Source: Candidatus Krumholzibacteriia bacterium (GTDB lineage Bacteria; Krumholzibacteriota; Krumholzibacteriia; Krumholzibacteriales; Krumholzibacteriaceae). From it: DNA of 64,000 bases. Of this stretch, positions 1-11,200 are shown piece by piece; the stretch's first letter is position 1, and each line of letters begins with the position of its first letter. Location of the stretch: positions 704,001 to 768,000 of the forward strand of contig CAWIIQ010000001.1 of assembly GCA_963836185.1 (NCBI GenBank). The letters are read 5' to 3'. The translations under genes were made by a program, and so were the position numbers. Below the pieces are notes generated by a model. That model searched no databases. It was not told where the DNA came from and worked only from the letters and a program-made list of their open reading frames with translations.

Positions 1-1
1 G

Positions 2-130
2 GTGAGCACTCACTGGTCGGCCGTATTCGATCTGGCGAAACGGGAAGTCTACATCTGCACCGAGCTCGATTACAGCACCGTATACAGATTCGAGTTGAAG
101 AGCAGGGCCGCGTATATGGAGCAGGACTGA
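2..130 (+). CDS. 3' end of a gene cut by the window edge; possibly a linear amide C-N hydrolase (Ntn family)
   Basis: Hand translation VSTHWSAVFDLAKREVYICTELDYSTVYRFEL...*; T.WS.V.DL resembles the C-terminus of the choloylglycine hydrolase/C45 families. Confidence 0.4.
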   Translation: MSTHWSAVFDLAKREVYICTELDYSTVYRFELKSRAAYMEQD

Positions 131-132
131 AT

Positions 133-301
133 ATGGCGTATGACGAAAAACTCGACGAGCGGATAACCGGGATCGTCTCGCCCTGGAAGAAGACGGGGAA
201 GAGGTTGATGTTCGGAGGCGCCGGCGGTAAAGGACGACGGCGAGCTTCGTGAATGGCTCGAGGAAGCGAAACAGTTTGTGAAGACGCTGCCCCCGAAATA
301 A
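133..301 (+). pseudogene. TfoX/Sxy N-terminal-domain family gene with internal deletion and frameshift
   Basis: MAYDEKLDERI...KRLMFGG joins, in another frame, ...DDGELREWLEEAKQFVKTLPPK*. Both termini fit ~110-aa TfoX_N proteins but the middle is missing. Confidence 0.65.
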
Positions 302-322
302 TCCATTGATACGGGAGAAGGA

Positions 323-643
323 ATGCTTAAATACCATCATATCGGAATACCGACAGGTATCCCGAGAGACGGGGAGAGATATCTCGAGAAGTACGGGATG
401 TATGTCTCTGGATACGAGGAGAGCCCGTACAAAATAGAATGGATGAGGTTCGAGCCCGACAGCACCGTGCACGAACTGATCAGGAGAGTGCCCCATATAG
501 CGTTCGAGGTGGATGATCTGGAGAAGGAGATCGAGGGCAGGGAGGTCATAGTAGAACCGAACAGCCCATCTGAGGGCGTCCGGGTGGCCTTTATCGTGGA
601 TAATGGAGCTCCTGTCGAGTTTCTAGAGATCGAGCGCCGCTGA
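323..643 (+). CDS. VOC/glyoxalase-superfamily protein
   Basis: YHHIGIP, PHIAFEVDDL, VAFIVDNGAPVEFLE motifs; GGGAGAAGG upstream. Confidence 0.75.
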   Translation: MLKYHHIGIPTGIPRDGERYLEKYGMYVSGYEESPYKIEWMRFEPDSTVHELIRRVPHIAFEVDDLEKEIEGREVIVEPNSPSEGVRVAFIVDNGAPVEFLEIERR

Positions 644-739
644 AACTATTGAAAAATATATACGTATGATTTTTTATGGCGCCTGCAGGTGACTGGTGAT
701 ATCCTGTCGTGACCATAGGCCCTGGTACGGAGAGAGATT

Positions 740-1093
740 TTGGGAAAGATAGAGACCGCTTTTATTGACGGCATAGCCGTGATCGACCTCGGTGATCGCA
801 AGCTCGTCGGCGAGCACGACGATTACGATCTGTGGGCGGAGGTCGAAAATCTGCTCATTGAGGACAAGAAGAAGATCATCCTCGACCTCTCAAAGCTTCA
901 GTGGTCGAACAGCACCGGCATAGGGATCCTCGTCTCCGCCTGGACGATGGCGCAGAAGGAGGAGGCGGAACTAGTGGTAGTAAACAGCGCGGCAAGGCTC
1001 GACAATATTTTCAAGGTCACCAATCTGAAATTCATAATGAAGATATTCGAGACTGTCGATGAGGCTGTGATCTACCTCAAATCGATCTGGTGA
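740..1093 (+). CDS. STAS-domain anti-sigma factor antagonist (RsbV/SpoIIAA-like)
   Basis: KIILDLSKLQWSNSTGIGILV carries the phospho-acceptor Ser motif; IFETVDEAV C-terminus; TTG start. Confidence 0.85.
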   Translation: MGKIETAFIDGIAVIDLGDRKLVGEHDDYDLWAEVENLLIEDKKKIILDLSKLQWSNSTGIGILVSAWTMAQKEEAELVVVNSAARLDNIFKVTNLKFIMKIFETVDEAVIYLKSIW

Positions 1094-1113
1094 CCCAGGT
1101 ACCGCCGGGCTTC

Positions 1114-1142
1114 TTGACATAACAGGTGCATCCTTATACCTT
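1114..1142 (+). promoter_or_regulatory. Putative sigma70 promoter for the S46 peptidase
   Basis: TTGACA-17 bp-TACCTT about 60 bp upstream of the ATG. Confidence 0.5.
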
Positions 1143-1202
1143 GCTATCACGTATCAGGAATCTGCGATTTAACACCTTATCCTTATTGAAAGGGGTAACT
1201 TC

Positions 1203-3362
1203 ATGAAGTTCAGGGCATTTATCGTCATGGCGGCAATTATGCTGCTATCGACGGCCGCTTCTGCCGAGGAAGGCATGTGGCAGCTCGACAAGTTCGACGC
1301 TGAGCTGTTCGCCAGCATGCGGGAGCTCGGACTTGAGCTCTCGCAGGAGGAGATCTTCTCGCCCGGCGGCGAGGGCATCGCCTACGCTATCGTCAATCTG
1401 GGCGGAGGCACAGGCTCGTTTGTATCTCCGTACGGACTGATACTTACAAATCATCACGTTGCCTTCGGTGCCCTCCAGAGAGCGAGCTCCGAGGAGAATA
1501 ACTATATCAGGGACGGTTTCTACGCCGACAGATCCGCGACCGAGATCCAGGCGCATGGCTACGAGGCCCGCGTACTGATATCGATCGAGGACGTCTCGGA
1601 CAGGATTCTGAAGAAGGCCAAGGGCAAGAAGGGCGCCAAGCGCTACGAAGCGATAGAGGAAGAGACCAAGAAGATCACGGCCGAGGCTGAAGAGGGCAAG
1701 GACGTGCGCGTGACGATCGCCAGCTTCTTCGGCGGCATGCAGTACAAGATGTTCACCTACTTCACGATCAAGGACATCCGCCTCGTCTATGCCCCCCCGA
1801 AATCGATAGGAAATTACGGCGGCGACATCGACAACTGGATGTGGCCCCGTCATACCGGTGATTTCTCGTTCCTGAGGGCTTATGTCGCTCCCGACGGCAG
1901 CTCTGCCGATTATTCAGAGAACAATGTGCCTTACGAGCCGGCAGTTCACCTTCCGATGTCGCTCGACGGCGTCGAGAAGGACGATTTCACGATGATCATC
2001 GGCTTCCCCGGCCAGACGATGCGTTACCGCTCGGCGACCTCGACTGCATGGTCGCAGAACTGGCGATTCCCCGGCCGCGTCAAGCTGTTCGGTGAACTTC
2101 TCGACATAATGAATGCGGCAGGCGAAAAGGATCCCGGCGTAAAGATCAAGATGGCCAGGTTCGACGCTATGCTCAACAACTCGATGAAGAACTATGAGGG
2201 TCAGATCGAGGGCTTCGAGAAGGCCGGCCTGCTCGAGAGGAAGATCGAAGAGGAGAAGGAATTCACCGAATGGGTGAACGCCGACAAGAAACGCAAAAAG
2301 AAGTACGGCAACGTCCTTCCGACGATCGATAAGTTGTACGAAGAGCTGGCTCTGACCCGTGACAAGCAGGTCATCATGCGGTTCACCGGTTTTATGAACC
2401 AGATGATAAGCGCCTCTGGAACGATATACCGCTGGACCGAGGAGAAGGCCAAGGACGATATGGACCGTGATCCCGAATTCATGGATCGCGCGATTCCCCG
2501 CGTCAAACAGCGCCTGCAGATGATCGACATGTCGTACGACGAGGGAGTCGACAAGCAGTTCCTCAAGTATTTCATGCTCCAGTCTCTCGCACTTCCCGAG
2601 AGCCAGCACATCAAGGCTTTCGACGAGGTCCTTGCCCCGTATTCCGGCTCGGATGAAGAGAAGGTCGACGCTTTGGTCGACGATCTCTACGCCGGAACGA
2701 AGCTCTATAACGCCGAAGAACGTATGAGGATGTTCGATCTCTCGCGCGAGGAGTTGATGAAGGAGGGTGATACGTTCATCGACTTCTACGCAAAGATGTA
2801 TCCTGAGGTCAAGGAGATCCAGGACAACGACGAGGAGTTCGGCGGCAACATCTCGGCCGTCCGGCCCCTGCTGATCGAGGGTATGAGGGAGTGGAAGGGC
2901 GGCGCCTTCTATCCAGACGCCAACAGCACGATGCGCCTTACATACGGCACGGTCAAGGGCTACAGCCCGGCTGACGCGGTCAACTACAACTGCATAACCT
3001 TCCTGCGCGGCGCGATAGAGAAGAATACCGGCGAAGAGCCGTTCGACTGTCCCGAAAAGCTCGTCAAGCTGTGGGAGAAGAAAGACTTCGGAAAGTACGA
3101 GCATGACTGCCTTGTCGATGTGCCGATCGCTTTCACATCGACCTGTGATATCACTGGCGGTAACTCGGGAAGCCCGATCATCAACGGCAAGGGCGAGTGC
3201 GTCGGCGCCGCTTTCGACGGCAACTGGGAAAGTATCTCGGCCGATTACCTGTTCAACTCAGAACTTAACAGGTGCATCAGTGTCGAGTCGCGCTACATAC
3301 TGTTCGTCCTCGACAAGTACTCCGGAGCCTACGAGCTGCTCGGGGAGCTGACGATACAGTAA
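1203..3362 (+). CDS. dpp7: S46 family dipeptidyl peptidase, DPP7-like, secreted
   Basis: Signal peptide then EEGMW; TNHHV, DNWMWPRHTGD, TCDITGGNSGSP. AFDGNWE has Gly (DPP7-type), not the Arg of DPP11. Confidence 0.9.
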   Translation: MKFRAFIVMAAIMLLSTAASAEEGMWQLDKFDAELFASMRELGLELSQEEIFSPGGEGIAYAIVNLGGGTGSFVSPYGLILTNHHVAFGALQRASSEENNYIRDGFYADRSATEIQAHGYEARVLISIEDVSDRILKKAKGKKGAKRYEAIEEETKKITAEAEEGKDVRVTIASFFGGMQYKMFTYFTIKDIRLVYAPPKSIGNYGGDIDNWMWPRHTGDFSFLRAYVAPDGSSADYSENNVPYEPAVHLPMSLDGVEKDDFTMIIGFPGQTMRYRSATSTAWSQNWRFPGRVKLFGELLDIMNAAGEKDPGVKIKMARFDAMLNNSMKNYEGQIEGFEKAGLLERKIEEEKEFTEWVNADKKRKKKYGNVLPTIDKLYEELALTRDKQVIMRFTGFMNQMISASGTIYRWTEEKAKDDMDRDPEFMDRAIPRVKQRLQMIDMSYDEGVDKQFLKYFMLQSLALPESQHIKAFDEVLAPYSGSDEEKVDALVDDLYAGTKLYNAEERMRMFDLSREELMKEGDTFIDFYAKMYPEVKEIQDNDEEFGGNISAVRPLLIEGMREWKGGAFYPDANSTMRLTYGTVKGYSPADAVNYNCITFLRGAIEKNTGEEPFDCPEKLVKLWEKKDFGKYEHDCLVDVPIAFTSTCDITGGNSGSPIINGKGECVGAAFDGNWESISADYLFNSELNRCISVESRYILFVLDKYSGAYELLGELTIQ

Positions 3363-3404
3363 CCGTTCCATGCCTCAGCGGTGGATGCCGTAAAGGCACT
3401 TTTC

Positions 3405-3440
3405 GGGCGGGGAGGCTTATCGTTTCCCCGCCCTTCTTTT
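3405..3440 (+). terminator. Rho-independent terminator after the S46 gene
   Basis: GGGCGGGGA...TCCCCGCCC stem followed by TTCTTTT. Confidence 0.65.
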
Positions 3441-3452
3441 CCAGGAGACGGA

Positions 3453-4328
3453 TTGGGAGAGATATTCGCACTATCGACTGCGGTCACCTGGTCTATCGCA
3501 GTGATCCTGTTCAAGAAATCGGGTGAGAAGGTCCCGCCTTTTGCCCTCAATTTCTTCAGGGTCGCCGTGTCGTCGCTGCTCTTCGTTCTGATGTTCATCA
3601 TCATCCGAGAACCGATATTCGGAGTGGCCCCCCTGAAAGACTACCTTATCCTCATCGCGAGCGGGGTCATCGCCATCGCGGTCTCCGATACGCTTTTCCA
3701 TATGTGTCTCAACCGCGTGGGCGCCGGCCTGAACGCGATCGTCGATGGTCTTTACTCCCCCTCGATAGTCTTCTTCGCCTGGCTTCTTATAGGCGAGAAG
3801 CTCGGGCCGTGGCAGCTTGCCGGTATGGGCGCCGTCCTGCTCGGGATCTTTATAGCCACCAGGCACGATCCGCCGCCCGGCGCCACGAAGCGTCAGCTGG
3901 CATTCGGCATCATGTGGGGTGTTCTCTCGATGGTGACCCTCGGTATAGGGATCGTAATCGCCAAGCCGGTATTGAACCATTCGCCGGTGCTGTGGGCGAC
4001 GGCGGTGCGACAGATCGGATGTTTCCTCGCCATGCTGCCGGTAGCCCTCCTTCTGCCATCGAGAAAGAAGATCTTTTCGAACTTCAGGCCGATGTCATCC
4101 TGGAAATACATGATCCCGGGGACCGTTATCGGTTCGTTCCTCTCGCTGATATTCTGGATAGCGGGGATGAAGTACACACAGGCAGGCACTGCGGCGATCC
4201 TCAACCAGACCAGCTCGATACATATCATCATCCTCGCGACGATATTCCTCAAGGAGCCCCTGACAAAACGGAAGATAGCAGCCCTTGTCCTCGCCCTGGC
4301 CGGAATCCTGATGGTCACGATCGGTTAA
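3453..4328 (+). CDS. DMT/EamA family transporter
   Basis: Two EamA repeats, ~10 TM (WLLIGEKL; IFLKEPLTKRK). Start moved to TTG 3453 after AGGAG, downstream of the terminator. Confidence 0.85.
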   Translation: MGEIFALSTAVTWSIAVILFKKSGEKVPPFALNFFRVAVSSLLFVLMFIIIREPIFGVAPLKDYLILIASGVIAIAVSDTLFHMCLNRVGAGLNAIVDGLYSPSIVFFAWLLIGEKLGPWQLAGMGAVLLGIFIATRHDPPPGATKRQLAFGIMWGVLSMVTLGIGIVIAKPVLNHSPVLWATAVRQIGCFLAMLPVALLLPSRKKIFSNFRPMSSWKYMIPGTVIGSFLSLIFWIAGMKYTQAGTAAILNQTSSIHIIILATIFLKEPLTKRKIAALVLALAGILMVTIG

Positions 4329-4375
4329 TTATCTTTGAATAGTTCAGCTTTCGTGGTGTAGTATCCGATGTAATC

Positions 4376-6892
4376 ATGATATCGAAGATCATCAAGATAC
4401 TGGTCCCCGTTATCGGCATCGCCGTGCTGCTCGCGGCGGGGCTGCGTTCGACCCAGCATACCTATCGGCTGAAGCAGTGGCACAATGGCGGGGAGTTGCA
4501 CAGCTCTTTCAGATTCGAGGGTGACTCCACACTGGTATTCATGGAAGCCGACGAGAGGGATTTCGCGGGACCTCCTATACCGGAGGTAGGGGATTCACTG
4601 CTGATGGTAAATGGCACTCGCGCTACATTCGACCTCCTTATAAGAGAGACGAATCTGAAGCCTGTGGGGAACGAACTGGATCTCCTCTACATGAACTCGG
4701 CCGGAGATACACTGAGGACGACTGTCGTCACCGTCCCGGTCCCGGAAACAATGTTCTGGATTGTCTTCGCGCTGTTCATTCTCAGGGCCGTGATCTGGAT
4801 TGCATTTGTCGCCACTGGTTTCTGGGCTTTCATCAAGCAGCCCGATTCGGGGGCTGTCAGGGCCCTCGCTCTATTCTGTTTCTCGATGGCATCGATGCTG
4901 GTCACCGCGTTCGGGTTCGGCTACGAGCATATTCCCGTGATGCAGATTCCGTTGATGGAGCATCTTGTGATGTTCATGTCGATTCTGATCGGGTTTATCG
5001 GGGCGTTCTGGCTCAATCTACAGATCCTTTTTCCCACGCCACGCAAGTTCGTTGTCAGGCATCCTCTGCTTTCACATCTTCTCATCTATGGACCGCTGAT
5101 AATTCTTGCCGCATTGAGTTATCTTCTGCGCCTTGAAGTCATCGGAGCGATCTTCGGGATCCTGGCAGTTCTGCAGGTATTTGCCGGCTTCGGATTTCTT
5201 ATCGTCCGGAACCGCAGGACAAAGGACCTGCTCGAGAAGAGGCAGACTCGCCTCGTGCTCTGGGGGACGGGTACGGGTATATTCGGATTTTTCCTGGTGC
5301 TTGGACTGTTCCTTCTTTTCAGGTCCTGGTTCATCAACCAGGGGGCATCCTTTATCATGGGCACATTCGTGTTCGTCTTTCTAGGGCTGCTCCTTTCGCC
5401 GCTATCTTTCATTTACGCCTTCGGCAAGTACAGGCTCCTCGAGGTGGAGGGGAAGATCAAGAGAGGGACGAGACGCATTGCGATAACGGCGGCTCTGCTT
5501 CTTGTCTTTTTTGCGATACTCTACAGTCTGAGCGGTTTCATTCTCTCGAAGATCGGTACGGATAACCAGGCGGTCATCCCGGCGCTCGCACTCGTTCTCG
5601 CTGTCGGGTTCACGCCGGCGCAGAAGAGGATGCAGGGCCTCCTGGAAAGAAGGATCTATCCGGAGAGGACGCAGCTTAAGAATATGCTTCGGGATTTCCT
5701 CTCTAACGCGCTTGCCGTCTCCGACCGGAACACGTTCTGGAGTGAACTCGAGGTGAGACTCGCTGACATTCTCAATGTAGATTCGGTGATGACAGTCCTC
5801 AACGCTGGTGACGACCGCCTTATGCTCCTTCGGGGCGGGGAGGAGACCCCGTTCATGCCTGAGAGCGCATTCGCCGTCACTCTCTCGGAGTTCGAGGACC
5901 GTCCGATGATGGTCGATGAGATACTGGCGACCGGAACGGTGCATCTGACCCCGCAGGAACGAGAATGGCTCGTGGAACATGATGTCGCCGTCGCGCTTCC
6001 GCTGGCCAGCAGGAATAAAATGATCGGTTTTCTCGCAATCGGCATGAAGAGGACACGGCAGGATTTCGAGGCAGCCGATGTCGAGCTGCTCCGCTCGCTC
6101 TCATTCCAGGTGGCCGTTGCCGGGGAGAACCTCAGGCTTCTCGAAGAGAATGTCGAGAAGCAGAGGATGGAGAACGAGCTCTCCATGGCCCGCAAGGTCC
6201 AGGAGGGCCTGCTTCCCGCTACGATGCCTGAGACCCCTGGGCTCGAGGTCTTCGGCACTAGCCTCTCCTGCCTCGAAGTGGCGGGGGATTACTTCGACGT
6301 GATCAATCTCGATGATGACAGGACCGTTCTCGCGATCGGGGATGTCTCGGGAAAGGGCGCCGGCGCGGCGATGCTTATGTCGAATCTTCAGGCCTCGATC
6401 AGGACCGCGGTGAAGATCGGCTCGGACCTCAAGACGATGATAGAGCAGATAAACGACCTCATTTTCGATAATACGCAGGCCCACCAGTTCATCACATTCC
6501 TCGCCGGGGTCTACGATCATTCGACAGGCCGGTTCGACTATGTAAACGCGGGGCACAATCCTCCCTTGCTGGTCAAAAAGGATGGGACCCTGACGCTCCT
6601 GGAGAGCGGAGGACTTATCCTCGGGGCGCTGGCCGACATGACGTACGAACAGGAATCGATAAAGCTCGACAAGGGAGATCTTCTTTTCCTCTACACCGAT
6701 GGTCTCAGCGAGGCGGAGAATCCTGAGGGCGACATGTACGATGAGGAGAGGGTGGAGGAGTTCGTAAAGCGTAACCATGGCATGGATATCGGCAAGATGG
6801 TGGATCTTCTCGCTTCCGAGGTAGAGGGATTCATGAATGGTATGGAGCGCAAGGACGACCTTACCCTGCTGATAGCGCGTGTAAAGGATTGA
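4376..6892 (+). CDS. Membrane sensor PP2C/SpoIIE (RsbU-like) phosphatase with PDZ-like, multi-TM and GAF-like regions
   Basis: VAGDYFD, IGDVSGKG, NAGHNPP, LYTDGLSE, KDDLTL; PDZ-like GDSLLMVNG; about 8-9 TM segments. Confidence 0.88.
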   Translation: MISKIIKILVPVIGIAVLLAAGLRSTQHTYRLKQWHNGGELHSSFRFEGDSTLVFMEADERDFAGPPIPEVGDSLLMVNGTRATFDLLIRETNLKPVGNELDLLYMNSAGDTLRTTVVTVPVPETMFWIVFALFILRAVIWIAFVATGFWAFIKQPDSGAVRALALFCFSMASMLVTAFGFGYEHIPVMQIPLMEHLVMFMSILIGFIGAFWLNLQILFPTPRKFVVRHPLLSHLLIYGPLIILAALSYLLRLEVIGAIFGILAVLQVFAGFGFLIVRNRRTKDLLEKRQTRLVLWGTGTGIFGFFLVLGLFLLFRSWFINQGASFIMGTFVFVFLGLLLSPLSFIYAFGKYRLLEVEGKIKRGTRRIAITAALLLVFFAILYSLSGFILSKIGTDNQAVIPALALVLAVGFTPAQKRMQGLLERRIYPERTQLKNMLRDFLSNALAVSDRNTFWSELEVRLADILNVDSVMTVLNAGDDRLMLLRGGEETPFMPESAFAVTLSEFEDRPMMVDEILATGTVHLTPQEREWLVEHDVAVALPLASRNKMIGFLAIGMKRTRQDFEAADVELLRSLSFQVAVAGENLRLLEENVEKQRMENELSMARKVQEGLLPATMPETPGLEVFGTSLSCLEVAGDYFDVINLDDDRTVLAIGDVSGKGAGAAMLMSNLQASIRTAVKIGSDLKTMIEQINDLIFDNTQAHQFITFLAGVYDHSTGRFDYVNAGHNPPLLVKKDGTLTLLESGGLILGALADMTYEQESIKLDKGDLLFLYTDGLSEAENPEGDMYDEERVEEFVKRNHGMDIGKMVDLLASEVEGFMNGMERKDDLTLLIARVKD

Positions 6893-6900
6893 ACCGTTCG

Positions 6901-8197
6901 ATGGACGATTCCCCATTCAGAACAGACGAGGATTACGCGGCCGGTTTCGACGCGGCCGACCCGATGTCAGCTGTACGCGCGGAATTCGACATTCCCGAGG
7001 GCACAGTCTACATGCTCGGCAATTCTCTCGGTTTGATGCCCGTGGCCGCCCGGAGAGTCTGTCGGCCGGGTGTTGGATGAGTGGCGCGAGATGGGGATCG
7101 GCGGCTGGCTCGGAGGGAAGCCGCCATGGTTCTGGCTTGCCGAGCGCATCGGCGAATCGGCAGCTCCGCTTGTCGGCGCCGGGGCCGATGAGGTCATCTG
7201 CACCGGCACGACGACATACAATATCCATTCACTCGTAAGTACCTTGTACAGGCCGGATGAACAACGGACGAAGATAATCGCATCATCCCTCGAGTTTCCT
7301 ACTGACATATACGCCCTGAAAAGCCAGATGGAACTTCGAGGCCTTGACTGGAGGGACCATCTGGTCCTGATAGGGGGAGATGAGGAAGGTATCGTCCATG
7401 AGGATGATATTATCGCCGCCATGTCCGACGAGACGGCGCTTGTCCACCTGTCATCGGTCCTGTTCAGAAGCGGGCAGCTTCTCGACATCGAGCGTTTGAC
7501 GGCGGCGGCGCATGAGCGCGGGATCCTTATCGGATTCGACTGTTCCCATTCGGCAGGTGTCGTGCCGCACAGGTTCGATGAGTGGGATATCGATTTCGCG
7601 GTATGGTGCGGGTACAAGTATCTCTGCGGCGGCCCCGGCGCGCCTGCGTTCATCTACCTTAACAGGAAACATTTCAACACGGTCCCCGGCCTTGCCGGGT
7701 GGTTCGGCTGCGTCAAGGAAAAGCAGTTCGATCTCGACCTCGATTTCGAACATGCCCGGTGCGCCGGCGGCTGGCAGGTCTCGTCGCCCGGCATTCTCGG
7801 CGCTGCTGCTGTTGAGGGCGCCCTTTCCGTTATCGGGGAGTACGGCATAGAGGCTGTCAGGGAGAGATCGCTCAGGCTGACTTCATACCTGATGTTTCTG
7901 GTCGATGAACTACTGTCAAAGGAGCCATTTTCCTTCCACATAGTCACGCCGAGGGAGGAAGGCCGCAGGGGAGGTCATGTCGCGATATCCCGCCGCACGG
8001 ATGCGCTCAGGATCAAGGAAGCGCTCGTCAGGCGGGGCCTGGTCACCGATTTCAGGCCGCCCGATGTAATCAGGATCGCTCCGTCACCCTTGTATTCGAC
8101 CTTCCAGGATGTGCGGTCGGTCGTCCGGAATATAATCGAGGTAATAGATTCGGGAGAATTCACGGATATCCCTGGTGAGCGGGGACCGATCTCATGA
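6901..8197 (+). CDS. kynU: Kynureninase (one +1 frameshift near 7054, likely sequencing error)
   Basis: YMLGNSLGLMP in the first frame; FDCSHSAG, WCGYKYLCGGPG (PLP Lys) and DFRPPDVIRIAP in the second. Confidence 0.9.
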
Positions 8198-8224
8198 AAA
8201 AGGGCCGGATGGGATATCCGGCCC
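8197..8224 (-). terminator. Terminator between the convergent kynU and C1A protease genes
   Basis: GGGCCGGAT...ATCCGGCCC stem with AAAAA on its left (U-tail on the minus strand). Confidence 0.65.
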
Positions 8225-8264
8225 CCGCAATTGTCATTTCACAACAGTTTCAGCTCACCGCAGC

Positions 8265-11200
8265 CTATCTCAGGTAGACTATCTTGCGCGACTTGCCGTA
8301 GTCACCCGCCTGCATCCTCATGAAATAGATACCCGATGCTACGGGCCTCGACGCGTCGTCGCGTCCGTTCCAGACTACCTGCCAGGTGCCGGCGCCGCGG
8401 TCCCTGTCTTCGAGTGTGCGCACGAGCCGTCCCGCCGTATCGTATATACGGACATTCACGTGCTGAGGCTTATCGAGCGAGTATGAGATCGTCGTATGGC
8501 CGTTGAACGGGTTGGGATAATTCTGATGCAGCGCTGTCGCGAGCGGTATCTCCTCCGCGTCCGTCACATATTCCTGGATCGTGAAATAGTCACCGCTCTG
8601 TCCCGAGCCTTCGTTGAGCGAAGGATCGTACGCCGTGACACGGACGAGGCAGGAGTCTGATCCATCTGTCTCGATCGGTACGTCCCACGTGTATGAGGAG
8701 TCGTTCGGCTCGCCTGAGGCGAGCACCGTCCAGTCGGTCCCGCCGTTGAGCGAGCAGGCTATCGTCACCGAATCGACCCCGGTATCGTCGGTCGCGATCC
8801 ACTGGATCTCGATCGGATCTCCCGCCGTGAAGACCTCTCCTCCGTCGGGGTAGACGATTGTGACGACAGGATCCTCTGTGTCGGCTCCATCTGCGCAGGC
8901 AGTCACCTCGCTCGAGTAGCCGCCTGAGTACCCTGAGATGTCGACGGCACATACCTTGTAGTACCAGCACCCTTCGACAGGGTGGTGAGCGAAACTGTTC
9001 AGCGTGTTCGGGACCGTGCCGAGAAGATGCTCCGCATCGGTATCGAATCCCGATGCCGTATCGCCGAAGACTGCGAAATAGTCACCGTCAGGGATCGGAA
9101 GCATGAGCCAGGAAACGGAGATGGCGGTATCGCCTGAGGCTGCCGCGTCGCAGTTCTGGACGAAATCGGGCTGCAGCCAGAGGGTGTTAGGTCCCCCGAA
9201 CATCCCTATATCCGCTCTGGAACCGTCCGGATCATCCCCTCCGCCCGGATCGCCTCTGTCTATCCCGGGAGAGAACAGTCCGAGGTGATAGTCCGCTCCC
9301 GGCAGATCGACGTATAGCGGATCGGCGCTTATGTTCGTCGCGTCGGGGATTATCCCGATAACGTCGGCGCCGGAGTTGTTGTACGCGTTGTTGTACGTGT
9401 AGGTGATGTTGTCGGTAGTCGTCGGATGGAATCCGCTCGGAGAACCGCTGGTTAAGTTGTTGTTTCTGATCGTGAATCCCTGCGCATTGCTCAGCATCAG
9501 GTTGCCGCCGGCATAGAGGCCGCTGTTGCTGTCGATCGTATTGTTCTCGAATATGCCCCAGCAGCTGTCGGCGGAAATGCCTCCGCTGACCAGAGTTGCC
9601 GTATTGTGCGCTACCAGGGAATTGTTCATGTCAAACGCTGCGGCCTTGTGAAATATGGCTCCGCCGCTGCTGGCAGAGTTATCCGTGATCACCGCGTGGC
9701 TTATGGAGAGGGCTGACCTTTCGCTCGTTATCCCGCCTCCGGATGACGAGCATTCGTTTGAGGCGATCGTATCTCCGTCGAGGGAAAGGGACCCGAAGTG
9801 AGAGTATATCCCGGCGCCGGACACGAAGCCGGTATTCGCCGTGATGACATTTCCGGACATAGTCACTTCCGCGTTGCGCGAGCAGATCCCTCCGCCATAA
9901 CGAGTGCCGGTGAACTCCGCGTTCGGCTGCGATCCGGTGACAGTGTTGCCTGTCAACGTCGCCGTTACCTGGTAGAGGTATATCCCGCCGCCGCTCTGGG
10001 CGACGCAGTTGTTGATCGTGTTGCCGATGATCTCGACATCCCCGAGATAACAGCAGATGCCGCCTCCAGCGCTGTACTGCGTGACGTTGACGTATCCGCA
10101 GGCGTTTATCGTGTTGTCCTTGATAAGCGGTGAAGCATCGTAGGAGAATATTCCGCCGCCGTAAATACCGTTATCGGGCAGGTTGGCGAAGGTTCCTGTT
10201 CCGCCGGTTATGATGCATCCTTCGATGCCGCTTCCATCGCCGGGGACAAGTATGAAGGAGACAGGGCTCCCGATCGCAGTTGATCGTCGAGGGGTAGGTA
10301 TCCGGATCACGCGTCGTGAAGCCGACGTCCCATCCTCCCAGGATGTATACGGGACTCTGAACGGCCACATCCTCGTTGTACGTACCGGTCTCGATCATGA
10401 TCGAATCGCCGTCACTCGCTACGTCGACAGCGTCCTGTATTGACAGGGCCGCCCAGGCAGGAGTGGAATACGGGAATATATTCCCGCCTGTCGTAGAGAC
10501 GTACCGGTACGGATCGCCGAGGATCTGGAAATCGGTTTCGGTAAAATCGTGTCCGCCGACTGCCCCGCCGTACCAGGCTACGATCTTGATCCTCGATGTC
10601 GATACGGGGAGGTCGTTGACCGTCCAGATGTATGATGTCTCCAGGCCGATGAGCCCCGAGGCGATCGTATAATCGTATGAGTCTCCGCTGTTGACACTCA
10701 GCAGGATGCTGATCGAATCGGGTGTGGCGCGGTCGGTCGTCCACTGGATCTCGAAATCTTCACCCACCGGGAGTGATTCCCCGCCGGCCGGAGCGATCAG
10801 GTCGACATAAACATCAGCCAGTTCGTATACGACCTGGTAAACACCGTTGTTAATGCGGTTATTGCCGAACTTGATATAGCCGAATCCATCCTGTCCCCAG
10901 CCAAGTCCCCAGCTGTTCTTGATGATCCAGGCGCCCTCGCCGCCGCACTGGGTGTCGTCCCATCCGACAATAGTGACGGCGTGAGCCCCGGTGACCTCGT
11001 CTTCCCAGCTGAAACAGCCCTGTATGTAGTCATAGAACCTGTCCACGATGTCCAGGCTGGCGTAGACCGGCCCGCTCAGGAGGGCTTCCTTGATGTCGTC
11101 GACCTGGTTGCCGACATAGTAGTAGGTCGAGATAGTGGCGATAGCCTCGCACGAGGTCTCGGTGCAGGGAAATCCATCGTTTTCCATGTAGGGATAGCAG

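Noticed and set aside
3381-3452. N-terminal extension of the EamA ORF
   Set aside because: Overlaps the terminator hairpin; better RBS and TTG at 3453.
7050-7082. TGA in kynU as selenocysteine or readthrough
   Set aside because: The TGA is out of frame with the true coding sequence, downstream of a +1 insertion.
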